A stretch of DNA of 43,699 bases from Paraspadella gotoi (lineage: Eukaryota; Animalia; Chaetognatha): the NCBI GenBank assembly GCA_051294375.1, contig CM119265.1, positions 5,928,822 through 5,972,520 on the forward strand. Reading direction: 5' to 3'. A model generated the notes under the pieces. It had not been told where the DNA came from. It searched no databases and saw nothing but the letters and a program-made list of their open reading frames with translations. Below, piece after piece: positions 1-13,190 of the stretch. The translations under genes were made by a program, and so were the position numbers. Position 1 is the stretch's first letter. Every line of letters begins with the position of its first letter.

Positions 1-691
1 ACGATGGCAAAGGCGATGGCAAAGGCGATGGCGCTGGCCCTGGCGATGGCGAGAGCGGAGTGGAGTCGTGAGGAAGTGGAGTGACGGTGATAAGAGTAAC
101 AATTGCTTACCAAAGTGGGGTGGTGGAAGTGATGACCAAAACTGCTCAAGGAGTGAAAAGAAAATGGAGTGACGACTGTTAAAAAGAAATAGTGAGGAGG
201 AAAGAAGTGATTAAGAAGTGAGATGGGAAGAGTGACAACTGCCCGTGGGATTGAATGAAAAAGTCACCACGAAAGGAGTGATTATTTTATTGCAACTTCC
301 TTTTAAAGGAGCATTATGAAGGAGTAGTGATAACAGCTCTCTAAAGAAGTTAGAATGAAATTTATTTGCCAGTAGAATGGTAACCAACTATCCACCAATA
401 AACATTCGGATTAAAGATGAAAAAAAAATGTCGGGTCTATTCAGCTAAAAATCTTTCGAGCGACACTTTGACAAAGAAATGGACGCTTAGGTCATTATCG
501 TTTTTCTCGTCGTCGTAGTTGTCGTCGTCGTCGTTATAATCGTCCAATTTGCTCATTTCCTTGTCGTAGTCGTCACCATTGTTATTGTCGTCAATGTTTT
601 CCAGAAGGCGTCGCTTTCGGTCGGACTCGGGCACTCTGTCGCTGAAACAAAAGGCGCGTGCAATGTCCTCTCTCTCTCTCTCTCTCTCTCT

Positions 692-1824
692 NNNNNNNNN
701 NNNNNNNNNNNNNNNNNNNNNNNNNNNNNNNNNNNNNNNNNNNNNNNNNNNNNNNNNNNNNNNNNNNNNNNNNNNNNNNNNNNNNNNNNNNNNNNNNNNN
801 NNNNNNNNNNNNNNNNNNNNNNNNNNNNNNNNNNNNNNNNNNNNNNNNNNNCCCTGGCTCGGTCAGCGAGAAGGGCTGCAGAGAGACCCTTGATTGCCAC
901 TCAGATTCCGGGAATAGACATATGGAACGACGACGAAAACGACGAAAATAACGACGACGATAACGACGACGTTGAAGAGAACTTTGTTAAATGGCGACAA
1001 TTAAATCAGCCTCACTGTTTNNNNNNNNNNCGACGACGACGACGACGACGACGACGACGAACACTTTATTACCTGACGAGTTACGAATAAAAAATAGACA
1101 AAGACGCCAACATAACCAAGATAATGACAACGACGCCCAATTCATTGCGTAGTAATTAAAACAAAAGGCGTCAACGATAATAAGCTTCTAAAACAATAAT
1201 TAGAGTAACATATGACGCCAGCGACGTTAATATTTGTAACTAAATATACGATTTAGAAACGAAAAAGAAAATTTTTTCGACACAGACAACAACAACGACG
1301 ACGACGAAGACGCCAACGTCGACCCCGCTTTCGCCAGTGATCATTTGTCTTCCCTTTTGTTTTTCTCTCTTTTTTTCCCTCAAGATGTCGCAATAGAAAA
1401 GATTCGAACTNNNNNNNNNNNNNNNNNNNNNNNNNNNNNNNNNNNNNNNNNNNNNNNNNNNNNNNNNNNNNNNNNNNNNNNNNNNNNNNNNNNNNNNNNN
1501 NNNNNNNNNNNNNNNNNNNNNNNNNNNNNNNNNNNNNNNNNNNNNNNNNNNNNNNNNNNNNNNNNNNNNNNNNCTCCAAATGCTGAACTGTTTGACTTCT
1601 TATTTCGAAATATTACATGAAATAATGAAAATATCATTATCACTCTCAGTGTCCGACTGTCATCGTCATTGTCATTCCCTGCCATCGATATCATTAATGA
1701 CATTATCACTCTCCGTGTCCGATTGTCAGAGTCCAGACAATCTCCCTCCCGCGACGAAGATTCGTTTCGACTGACCGCGATTAAGTTCCATCTCTCTTCG
1801 CCACCGGAAACGGAAATGACCCGT

Positions 1825-1875
<51 letters not shown>

Positions 1876-2060
1876 ACATGAATTATCCGCGGTTGAGGTC
1901 AGCCGATCGATTCTCTTCGCTTCGTCGAGTTTTTTCCAAAAATAGGTCACCGACGCGAGAGCGGGAACGGCGGGAGCGAAAAAAATAANNNNNNNNNNNN
2001 NNNNNNNNNNNNNNNNNNNNNNNNNNNNNNNNNNNNNNNNNNNNNNNNNNNNNNNNNNGA

Positions 2061-2092
<32 letters not shown>

Positions 2093-3227
2093 AAATGACA
2101 GACAATGTGAGAGAAAGCAAGAATAAAAAACGGAAAGTATTTATAAAAAAATAGGGAGAAAGAAATAAACAACCAAAAAGTATAATAAAAAATTTCAGGT
2201 GGTCATGCCTTTCAGTGTAAGCGTCATTGTTAGTACTGTCCTATCGATTTGAAAGCCATCACGACACTTTTACTGTTTGTTTGGAAAAGCGAATCAATCT
2301 TATTAGCTTGAATACCCAACCCTCATTACGCTTTTCTTTGTACAAACACATTCTTCTTTCCATTCAGCCCCGCTTATTCTTTTCCTATTTTTTCCGCTAC
2401 ATATTTTCTGTCTTGTTTGTTCTAAAGTCACAATATTTTTCCTGATGGATGTATTTATTCTTTGACTGTTCCTGAGCGTCTTTTTTTTCCCCTCTTTCTG
2501 TTTTCGTTTTTTTTTTCTGTCTATCCTTCTTTCTTTCTAACTTTCCCTCATTTTGAAAATTGATAATTAAATCGACTGGATTCGGTCTCTAATAAAATTA
2601 TTCTCCGATTGAATTTTATTAAATATTAATAACTGTAAAATCATGAACCCGTTATTTACGAAGCGTAAATGCATAAATATCTCCAAGTATGAATTCCTAT
2701 GTATACTTTGAGAAATCTTTATGCCACTTCTTTTTGTTTTTGCTTTGTTATTTCCCTGTCGTCTGCCTTTTGTCTCGTCTTATTTTCTTCCGCTCAAATA
2801 CGATATTCATGATTTTGGGAGACGCGTGAATATTTTAGGCTTCATTTGACGAAATGTTAATAATAGAATATCTGACGCGGTTTTCCACTCCGCTGCGTAG
2901 AACGAAGATTGGATTTGGAATTAAGAATTTAAAAAATTAAGAAGAGCGGATGAGCGTTTGTGAGAAATAAATAAATAAATAAATATTTTTTTAAAAAATA
3001 AATTAATTAATCAATTAATTGATTAATAAAAAAATTAAAAGAAAAAAATAAAGATTTAAAGAAAATTAAAGCAATAATAAGGAGAAGAAATACTAGGACA
3101 GAAAAATAGTACATGATAGAAGTGAAAGTTGAAAATTCGGTGATAAACTGAGGAAAGAGAAAGAGAATTGGAACAACTGAGATAAGGGGAGACTGAAGGC
3201 CTCTCTCAGGGGAGCGGAGAGAGAGAA

Positions 3228-3287
<60 letters not shown>

Positions 3288-6200
3288 AGGAAAAAAGGCA
3301 GGGAGCTCTTTCCCCAGGGATTCGGGAGATGGGGAAAGGAGGGGGAGAAAAAGAGGAAAGCGTTATCAGACATAGAGGGGGGGAAGTTTGAGGAGGCCGA
3401 TTGGGGGATTGGCCTTCAGGGTCCGGGGTGTGCCGGGAGTGGTGCGGACGAGTTGATTGGGAAACTACATGAGACAGGAGGTATGGAAGATAGGAATAGT
3501 ATGGGGGGACAATGTACCCCTATACCCCTCTACCGCTACATAGTTCGATCATCTTCGGAGAGTTGGTCATTAAAGAGTGAAAGAGAAAAAATGGCTGAAA
3601 AAGACTGCAAATTTTTTTTTATTGGAGACGTTAAACATTTGCGGAGAGATTTCGGGGGAATTGGGTTGATGGAAAACGATGGAGCAAAAGAGAAGAAGGG
3701 AAACCGAATAAGGGCATTCCCTTTAAGAATAGAATAGAGAAAAAAAGGGGAAGAGAAAAGGAGAAGTAATTAACGGAAGACTGGAAGCGTTTCTCTCGAG
3801 GGAGACGTGAAAAAAGAAGGGAGGGGAATGTGGGATAAAACGTTGAGAGGGTCATTCAGGATGAGGGGGTCCGAATGATAAGACGAAATTCTGCTGGGAA
3901 TGAGGACCAGGAGAGACGGAAAAAGACTGGAATCTCGTTGGAATTTTATTTCGAAAACTTTAACATAATATTGAAAAGTGCCACAATTAACCATTTTAGA
4001 AAATTTCGTCTGCTCACCGGTATCCTCGCCAATCACCAACGACGCTCCGCTTCTTCATCCAATCACCAAAGTCGAAGTGACATGACTCCCTAACCAATCA
4101 ACGCTTTGGATCCTCTTCCATTTTCCGCTCAAAATCCTCCAATCAGAAGGAAGAGAAACCTTCCTTCGGAGAATTTCAATTTTGAGGTCGCGGGAAAATT
4201 CTCGCTTCTTGGATTCAATTCCGACGCAGAGAAAGAGATTTCAGGGTCGCCTTACCTCTTGCTTTTTCTCTCTCTGTCTCTCCGTCTCTCTCTCTCTCTA
4301 TCTCTTTTTCTCCCTTATCTCTCCCCCTCTCCCTCCACTTTCCTCGTTAAATTCGCATGAACACGTTTCGCGTATTTGCGCCAAGCAATTACCGCGATTC
4401 AAAAGCGACAACTCTCCTAGGGAACAACCGCCCCCCCACTTATNNNNNNNNNNNNNNNNNNNNNNNNNNNNNNNNNNNNNNNNNNNNNNNNNNNNNNNNN
4501 NNNNNNNNNNNNNNNNNNNNNNNNNNNNNNNNNNNNNNNNNNNNNNNNNNNNNNNNNNNNNNNNNNNNNNNNNNNNNNNNNNNNNNNNNNNNNNNNNNNN
4601 NNNNNNNNNNNNNNNNNNNNNNNNNNNNNNNNNNNNNNNNNNNNNNNNNNNNNNNNNNNNNNNNNNNNNNNNNNNNNNNNNNNNNNNNNNNNNNNNNNNN
4701 NNNNNNNNNNNNNNNNNNNNNNNNNNNNNNNNNNNNNNNNNNNNNNNNNNNNNNNNNNNNNNNNNNNNNNNNNNNNNNNNNNNNNNNNNNNNNNNNNNNN
4801 NNNNNNNNNNNNNNNNNCCCCTGGAAATCCCCTGTAAACAACCTCCCTCCACTCCCGACCCCCTATCGTTCCCTATCCACCTAAATAAGCTTTCGAATAC
4901 GTTTTGTTTGGAAACACGGTTTTCTTTTATCGCCACCACTTAGCGGTTAATCTTATTCTCCCATCCTCTTCCATTATTTTTTGCTCGGACCCCTATGGTT
5001 CATTCTTTCGGTCTTTCTTTCCTTTTTTTTTTAATCTTTTCGTCTTTTTTTTTACATTTCTATCCACTTTCTTTCCTTCTTTATTTATTTCCTTCTATCG
5101 TAACTTCCTTTATTTATTTTTTGTCTTTATCTCCTTTTCTTTATTTTTGCATTTGCATTCTTTTTTTTCCTCTTTTTCCCATTTTTTTCCTCTTTCCTTT
5201 TCTCATTCTCTTATTCTTTCCCGCTCAATCCCATGTTTTTTTAGCAATTTTCAAATCTTTTTTTTTATTTGATCTCACTTTCTCTTATTTTTTTTTCTTT
5301 ACTTTCCCTTTTTTCCTTTCACTAGTATTCTCTCGCTCTCTATCTTTTTCAATAGCTTCCTACCGCTCTCTCTCCTTTTTCGGTCCTAGATCGATGATAT
5401 TCTCTGTTCTCCTAACATCGACTCTTCCGAACATAACCGCTCCTGCTTTCTCCATCCACACTTCTTTTCTTTTCTCGCTTTCCCGACCCTTTTAAACCAA
5501 CGACTATTGTTCACCACTTTTTTTATCTCCCGCTCTACTTTCTCCCCTCCGCTCTACCTATCCTTCCTCCCCTCCTCCCTTCCATTGCTCCCTTTCCTTC
5601 TCCATTTCATTTCTCCTTCCTCTCTTTCCTTTCCTCCCTTTCTTTCTNNNNNNNNNNNNNNNNNNNNNNNNNNNNNNNNNNNNNNNNNNNNNNNNNNNNN
5701 NNNNNNNNNNNNNNNNNNNNNNNNNNNNNNNNNNNNNNNNNNNNNNNNNNNNNNNNNNNNNNNNNNNNNNNNNNNNNNNNNNNNNNNNNNNNNNNNNNNN
5801 NNNNNNNNNNNNNNNNNNNNNNNNNNNNNNNNNNNNNNNNNNNNNNNNNNNNNNNNNNNNNNNNNNNNNNNNNNNNNNNNNNNNNNNNNNNNNNNNNNNN
5901 NNNNNNNNNNNNNNNNNNNNNNNNNNNNNNNNNNNNNNNNNNNNNNNNNNNNNNNNNNNNNNNNNNNNNNNNNNNNNNNNNNNNNNNNNNNNNNNNNNNN
6001 NNNNNNNNNNNNNNNNNNNNNNNNNNNNNNNNNNNNNNNNNNNNNNNNNNNNNNNNNNNNNNNNNNNNNNNNNNNNNNNNNNNNNNNNNNNNNNNNNNNN
6101 NNNNNNNNNNNNNNNNNNNNNNNNNNNNNNNNNNNNNNNNNNNNNNNNNNNNNNNNNNNNNNNNNNNNNNNNNNNNNNNNNNNNNNNNNNNNNNNNNNNN

Positions 6201-6347
6201 NNNNNNNNNNNNNNNNNNNNNNNNNNNNNNNNNNNNNNNNNNNNNNNNNNNNNNNNNNNNNNNNNNNNNNNNNNNNNNNNNNNNNNNNNNNNNNNNNNNN
6301 NNNNNNNNNNNNNNNNNNNNNNNNNNNNNNNNNNNNNNNNNNNNNNN

Positions 6348-6384
<37 letters not shown>

Positions 6385-9300
6385 CGTGCATGAGGCGCAT
6401 CTGGTTCCAGAATAAAAAAACTTTTCTTTCGATTCTTTTCTTCTTTTTTTTTTCAATATTCTTTTTTGACTTTTTTCCTCCTTTTTATATTTGAATATCT
6501 TTAATATTCAAATACTATTTTCTTATCTTATCTTATCTTATCTTAATTTCTTTAACTTTTTATTCAAAATAAAATCTTCGTTCACCCCTGTTTTTTCCTT
6601 AGTCATAGAGATCGCTTTGACCCAAAAGCAACATCTTCCCCTTCCCGCCCTAACTCCCCCCTTCTAACACAGCGCTGACCCAAAATAAAATAAAAAATGA
6701 GGAAAAGGGAAAGAAATTTTCTGCGTTTTTGATCAAGAGCGAATTTTTGGGCACCTGAGTCCCGAGCGAACCTTCGAAAACGTGAGGCGCCGCGATTAGA
6801 GGCGAGGCGAGGAAGAGAGAAAAGATATAGGCGGGCGGGGCGGGCCGCCCTTCCACATGCGCATGCGCGTTGGTTGCCCCAAGATTCATCCGCCGGAAAA
6901 ACGTCGAAAAAATATTCGCGTCTTTCCTCTCGCGTTTCAGGTTTCCGCGCGCGAGAAAAGTGACGCCCGCGAGAGACGAGAAACGCGAAGGTCGATGTTG
7001 GAAGAAGGGAAAAAAAAATCCGGAGTCCTGAGGAAAATATGGAACTCAGAAATGAGCGGGAGTCTGAGTGGCGGTTTCGGCTGCGGCTGGCTGGCGGCTG
7101 GCGGCTGGCGGCGGTTGCGGCGACATCGATGATAAAACGCTGTGCTGAGGTCATTCTTGAACATTAAATTTTTTTTCAATGTGAGTCAAAGCATAAAATA
7201 TCAATACGTATTCGTGAAGAAAAAATGCTTCAATTCTGACGCTGACCTTAACTCTGTGAAAGATCAAAAGGATGATATCGTTGTGATTCATCAATAGGCA
7301 ATCGGATACTTTTTGTTCGGTATTATGTTGGTTATTTTATTTGTCCGGAATTTTAGAGCTGTTTTTATATGTGGATAGCAGCTTATATTTTCGGATCATT
7401 AATAAACTTAATTCATAAAAATTATTAAAAACTGTTAGAGTTCGGAAAAAAATGTTAAACTGGTGTAATTTATTCTTCTACGTCATAATGATACTAGGAA
7501 AGGACAAAGACAGCTTGACGCAACCCAGGCATTCCTTCTCATTTTCTCCTCTAATCCTTTCCGTTCGATAAAGATTCTCTCCCTCAGCTTTGATCTCCTC
7601 TTTATCTCTTTTTCTTTATCTCTTTTTATCTCATACTTCTTATCTCCTCTCAATGTTTTCTTCCTCTCTCTACCCCCCCCCCCGGCCTTTCCTCCCTCTC
7701 TCCTCTCCGGAAATCAACTACAAATCATCTTCGTTCCTTTCTTCTCTTTCCTCTTAAGCCGCTTCTACGGTCCGCCCCCACGCCCCCCCCTCTCGGGCCC
7801 CCGTCGCGTTGATTCCCTTTCATTCTCTCAAAGCCTATTGTCTTCCTCTTAACTTATCTTCCTTTCTTTTCTTTTTTCTTTCCCCCCCTCTCGTTTTCTC
7901 TCTCTTTATTTCTCAAGGTTTATTCCCGCGTGGAGAGAGTCACCTGATCGATTCCCAGATGATCACGTGGTAAACTGCGACCTGGGGAATCGTGGGGGAT
8001 GAGCCACTGCATCGGGGGGCGGGGGGGGGAGACTGCATGCTGGGGATATTAAGGGGAGAAGACTGCATCGGAGGAAAGACTGCATGCTGGGGAATTCAAG
8101 GGAGGAAGTGGGAAAGACTGCATCCGAGGGGAAGACTGTATTGCGCAATGTTAGAGAGAAGAAAAAGCCCAAGCAAAGCGGGTTACCGTCTATAGTCAAA
8201 GAAAAAGAAAATAAAATACGAGAAACTGGATCCAACAAAAAAAAAGTTTTTGCCAAAAAAAAAATTATTTATATTATTTCGTAGTTCGTATCCTTTTTTT
8301 GAAAATTTCCAAAAACCTTGACGAGAGAGTTTTTTTTCCGTCCTTAGGCTTAAAAACTTAAAGTTGCGAGAAATAACCTCCTTTAGGAGATTTACGAGCC
8401 CGCGGCGAAGCCTTAAACCCGCCCAAAAAATCCGGTTTTTTTAGCATCTCAAATTTTTTAAAACAAAATGGAAAATTATTCAAAAAAAAAAATATTTTTT
8501 TTTGCCTCCGCGGTTCTTTTTCTCGTTAGGTCGAGAAATTTAAGCGGCGGTGGCACAGAAAAGATTAACATTTTCCTTTTTTTGGGGGGCGGGGGGGAAT
8601 TTTTCCGTTAATTTTATAATCTTTATAATTTTAAAAACTTTAATTTAGTTCATTGTTTCAATGACATAAAAAAAAANNNNNNNNNNNNNNNNNNNNNNNN
8701 NNNNNNNNNNNNNNNNNNNNNNNNNNNNNNNNNNNNNNNNNNNNNNNNNNNNNNNNNNNNNNNNNNNNNNNNNNNNNNNNNNNNNNNNNNNNNNNNNNNN
8801 NNNNNNNNNNNNNNNNNNNNNNNNNNNNNNNNNNNNNNNNNNNNNNNNNNNNNNNNNNNNNNNNNNNNNNNNNNNNNNNNNNNNNNNNNNNNNNNNNNNN
8901 NNNNNNNNNNNNNNNNNNNNNNNNNNNNNNNNNNNNNNNNNNNNNNNNNNNNNNNNNNNNNNNNNNNNNNNNNNNNNNNNNNNNNNNNNNNNNNNNNNNN
9001 NNNNNNNNNNNNNNNNNNNNNNNNNNNNNNNNNNNNNNNNNNNNNNNNNNNNNNNNNNNNNNNNNNNNNNNNNNNNNNNNNNNNNNNNNNNNNNNNNNNN
9101 NNNNNNNNNNNNNNNNNNNNNNNNNNNNNNNNNNNNNNNNNNNNNNNNNNNNNNNNNNNNNNNNNNNNNNNNNNNNNNNNNNNNNNNNNNNNNNNNNNNN
9201 NNNNNNNNNNNNNNNNNNNNNNNNNNNNNNNNNNNNNNNNNNNNNNNNNNNNNNNNNNNNNNNNNNNNNNNNNNNNNNNNNNNNNNNNNNNNNNNNNNNN

Positions 9301-9785
9301 NNNNAGAGAGAGAGAGAGAGAGAGAGAGATTGTTTGACAGACTTTGTTTTTAATTAATTTCCTCCGAAAATGTGTTAGTTTCGTCGACATTCTTCTTTTG
9401 TTATTTTCGAAAATAAGAAAAGTCTTTCAACAAGTTACACAATTATTATGAAATAAAATATAAACAAAAAAGAATTATTCGAANNNNNNNNNNNNNNNNN
9501 NNNNNNNNNNNNNNNNNNNNNNNNNNNNNNNNNNNNNNNNNNNNNNNNNNNNNNNNNNNNNNNNNNNNNNNNNNNNNNNNNNNNNNNNNNNNNNNNNNNN
9601 NNNNNNNNNNNNNNNNNNNNNNNNNNNNNNNNNNNNNNNNNNNNNNNNNNNNNNNNNNNNNNNNNNNNNNNNNNNNNNNNNNNNNNNNNNNNNNNNNNNN
9701 NNNNNNNNNNNNNNNNNNNNNNNNNNNNNNNNNNNNNNNNNNNNNNNNNNNNNNNNNNNNNNNNNNNNNNNNNNNNNNNNNNNNN
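692..9785. other. Region containing eight assembly gaps (N runs at 692-851, 1021-1030, 1411-1573, 1989-2058, 4444-4817, 5648-6348, 8677-9304, 9484-9785)
   Basis: N runs seen directly, many flanked by (CT)n/(GA)n or other simple repeats. Exons could be hidden in them. Confidence 0.98.
6780..7186 (+). promoter_or_regulatory. CpG-rich putative promoter / first-exon region
   Basis: GC-rich island in AT-rich background. GC boxes GGCGGGCGGGGCGGG (~6830-6845), NRF1-like TGCGCATGCGC (6858-6868), back-to-back E2F-like TTTCCGCGCGCGAGAAA (~6942-6958), and a consensus donor aat|GTGAGT at 7181. Function inferred. Confidence 0.4.
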
Positions 9786-10770
9786 NTCTCTCTTCTCTCT
9801 CCTCTCTCTCTTCTCGCCTCCCCATCTCTCCCTCACGATTGTCTTGATTGAATTCGCTGTCGGGAGATGCGGCTTGGGAAAGCTTGGCTCTGAGTCTCCA
9901 GTTGCGCTTGGCGAGTGGAGAGCGAAGCTTGGTAGCAGGGAACAGGGGGATGGATGGTGATTCTAGTGCGAGGGCGCTGGGTGTCTAAAGATTTCAGAGA
10001 TTTGGAGATTTCAGTTGTAAAAATATAAAGTGAAAGTGAGCGAACGTTATTTTGCTGTTGATCGCTGGCGTGATGAATGTGAACAAGGAGACGTCAGAGT
10101 TTACGACAGATCGCTGGTGTCACAGCTGAATAGTGATTTCGTGATTTTCGCCGGATCAGAACAATCTCGACAAAACCCGCAATGATTTCCAATCCAATTT
10201 TTCACTGTATTTTTTTTTTTGTTTTTTTTTTTTAAGTCTAAACATTTATTTTAAGTTTAATCCTCGCGATCTCGCGCCGAACAAAATCTTTAACGGGAAA
10301 GCTTTCGAAAAGTCCTTCTTTATCTCAATAACCTTTTTCCAAAGTCCCCTTTCCTCGGAGTCTCATTCTTTCCTCTTAATTTTCCTCGACACCCGTTCCT
10401 TTTTTTTTCTTTTTCCTCCATCTTCTTCTTCCTCCTTTCCTCGTTCCCGCCTTCTCCTTTGTCTCACTTCTCGCGGGTTAATTCCTTCTCGTTCCCAAGG
10501 CGCTCTCTTCATTTTCCCTTTTCTCCCTTTCTTCCTCCCTTACCTTTTTTTTTCCTCTTCTCTGCTTTTCTCTCAATGCGTATCTACTTTTCTCTTATTC
10601 TTTTTTTTTAACTGTTGAATGAACTACTTTTCATCATTTTAATTAGTTTCCTGGATTTTTTTTATGTTACTATACTGTTTGAATCCGATTACCAAAGTCC
10701 TCTCTCTTTCTCTCTCTCTCCTCCTCTCTTTCTTCTCTTTCTCTCTTCTCCTTCTCTCTCTCTCCTCTCT

Positions 10771-10808
<38 letters not shown>

Positions 10809-11070
10809 TCATCATTCTTCATTCATCCCAACCCAAACGTAGTCAATCTCGAAATTTTTTTCGCTGAATTTTTAAATATAATTTTTAACAAACAAACAGT
10901 ATAACTTAAGTAAAAAAATCTTTTTCTTCGATATCGCAAGGAAGTCCAAGCGCTTTACTCTTTCTTCAGGTTGCCGCATCTCTTGCCTCCTCTCGGCAAT
11001 TGCAGGCCGCTTTCAGAGGTTGACAGTTTCCCCTACTCCTCGTTCCCTCTCTCTCTCTCTCTCATCTCTC

Positions 11071-11121
<51 letters not shown>

Positions 11122-11676
11122 GTAACCTCTCTTAATCCTGGGTACAACAAACCCTTTCCCTTTCCTCCACCGACGCCAGATCCAATTGTCTCCGAACTAA
11201 TCTCAAAAACAAGAGAGACAAACTTCGTCTGCTGAAATCATCGGTTTAAGACGCCGTTCCTGTCGTTGTTGTCGTTGTCGTTGTTGTCGTCGTCGTTTTC
11301 GTATTTCACTCAAAGAAATACCAGACGATAAATAAATAAATAGATAAAATCAATAATTCGTTATCCTGAGGGAAATAGAATCGTGTTTGGATATCGAGAG
11401 GTTTTCTGCAGTATTTTATTACGATTTGTTTCGCTATGATTCGATTTACTTAATTTATTTCGAGATGTACGGACAAGCGGACTGACAAAAATACTTTTTT
11501 GTATTTACAATTTAATGCCAAATATAAAATTGAATGTTTTTATTGTAATATATGGAAATTCATAGTTAAGATTTTTTTTTTTTTTCGATTCATAGTCAAA
11601 TTAAGGAAAAAAAGGCGACATTAGGTTTCTCATAAGTCATAAACTCGTCCCCTTTCCTCCACCCCCCTTTCTCTAG

Positions 11677-12002
11677 GTTTTCTCCCTCTCGACGAAGCAC
11701 TTCCCGTAGTGGAATCCTACAACGTCGTCTACCACCTCCACCTTCCGCTCGACCACATCCAAGACGTTCTCCGCGCCGCCGCAGCAGCCGCCGCCGCCAA
11801 TCCACCGACGAACGGCGCCGCCGTCGTCACCTCCGCCGGCGGAGGAGTGACGTCCGGATCGCCGCTGACGCTGTCGGGCGACGGCGACGGATTCAAAGGC
11901 GGCGCCGTCTCCATCGAGACGCTCATCGGCGTCCTCTCGTCCAACATGGACGTCAACGACGCCGGGGCGACGACGATGACGACGACGACGATCACGGTCT
12001 GA
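11677..12002 (+). CDS. Terminal coding exon of a C1orf87-like degenerate EF-hand protein (upstream exons not resolved)
   Basis: Polypyrimidine tract plus AG at 11675-11676. Phase-1 exon reads GFLPLDEALPVVESYNVVYHLHLPLDHIQDVLR-polyAla-...GDGFKGGAVSIETLIGVLSSNMDV..TITV*, with strong C/G-ending codon bias. The YNxxYxLxL..I...LR segment resembles, from memory, the C-terminal EF-hand-like region of vertebrate C1orf87. Confidence 0.6.
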
Positions 12003-12759
12003 GGACGAAAGGATTTTTCGTCGTTTTCGTCGACCCAACCAAATGGTGCCAGTTTTATAATTTTAAATGTAGTTAGTGTCTTTGCGATGTTTTTTTTTTA
12101 ATCCTCTGAATGAAGGACATTGTTAGGTTACTTTTTTTTACTTTAAGACGAGAAGAAAATGTTCAGAAATTTATGAATGTTCGTGAAGTATAAAGAATAC
12201 ACTGTGGACGCAACAAGTTGACTATTTTTACTTTTCTATTTTCTTTTTTACGGGGAATATATTAATATTTGTTTCGCCGTCGTTTCCGTACGACTTTTTT
12301 TTTCTTAAGTTTTTCTAAATGTACTCGTAACTTTTCGTCATTTTGTAAATTTTACAATTTAAATATTAATTTTAAACTCAAGGTTTTATTTTCTTTCTTT
12401 CTTTCTTTGTAATTTTTTCACCTAGACTCTTGTTTTTCTATCCTTGATTTCTTTCCTTTTTCCTCCCTTTCTTCTTTACCCATTTTCAACCCTACTTTTT
12501 TTTTCCTTTTCTTCCTTCCTTTTCCTTTCTCTTTATCCTTTCACCTCCACCTCATCGCCGCCATCTTTTCTTCTCTCTCCTTTTTTTTCCTTTTTCGACG
12601 TTTAGTTCCAATTAGTCGCCGTCGCAAACTCATCTTTTTAGTCAAAAATCGTCGTTTTAGAGAAACGTAAACAAAAAACAAACAAAAACAAGTCGTCGCT
12701 CTTCTCCCTCGCACTTTCCTGTCCGTCTCGTTTGGCTCCGGCGCTGAAGGGGAAGGGGC

Positions 12760-13190
12760 GGGGATTAGGATTTGGGGATTTAGTGGGGGGGGTTGAGATT
12801 TGGCCTTATATCGCGGCCGAGGGATTTGATTTTGATAGGGGATTGAAATTTGGGGGATTGAGATTAGACTAGATTTAGTGGGGAGGGGTATTTAGATTTT
12901 GATGCACTCAATGGGTGCCAGGATTTAGATTTGCCAGATTTAGTGGGTGAGGGGAATTGAGAATTGGTTTGTTTTAATGGGCATGGGGATCGAGATTTTG
13001 TCAGATTTAATGGGTAGGAGGATTTAGATTTGGTATTATTTAGTAGGTGGGGGGCTTGTAATTCGGTAAGATTTAATAATGGAGGGCTTAAAATTAACCT
13101 GGATTTGTAGGAAGTGAGATTTATATTTGGATTTAGATTTAGATTAGATTTAAGTGGGCAGGGAATTTGATCGATAAGGGGATTTTGGAA
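12760..13190. repeat. Degenerate G/T-rich minisatellite (GATTTAG(A/T)T.. / GATTTAGTGGG units)
   Basis: Many recurrences of gatttag/gatttaa followed by tggg or attt across about 430 bp. Confidence 0.6.

Noticed and set aside
4904-5495. Phe/Leu/Ser-rich 'membrane protein' ORFs (also 13315-14033, 17840-18319, 18892-19464, 39998-40511)
   Set aside because: Translations of pyrimidine tracts and (CT)n microsatellites.
553-9836. Long ORFs containing X runs
   Set aside because: Open only because N gaps contain no stop codons.
10970-11235. Candidate small exons (VAASLASSRQLQAAFR; DPIVSELISK..) as upstream parts of the C1orf87-like gene
   Set aside because: Splice sites are plausible, but no recognisable family similarity and no convincing joined frame.
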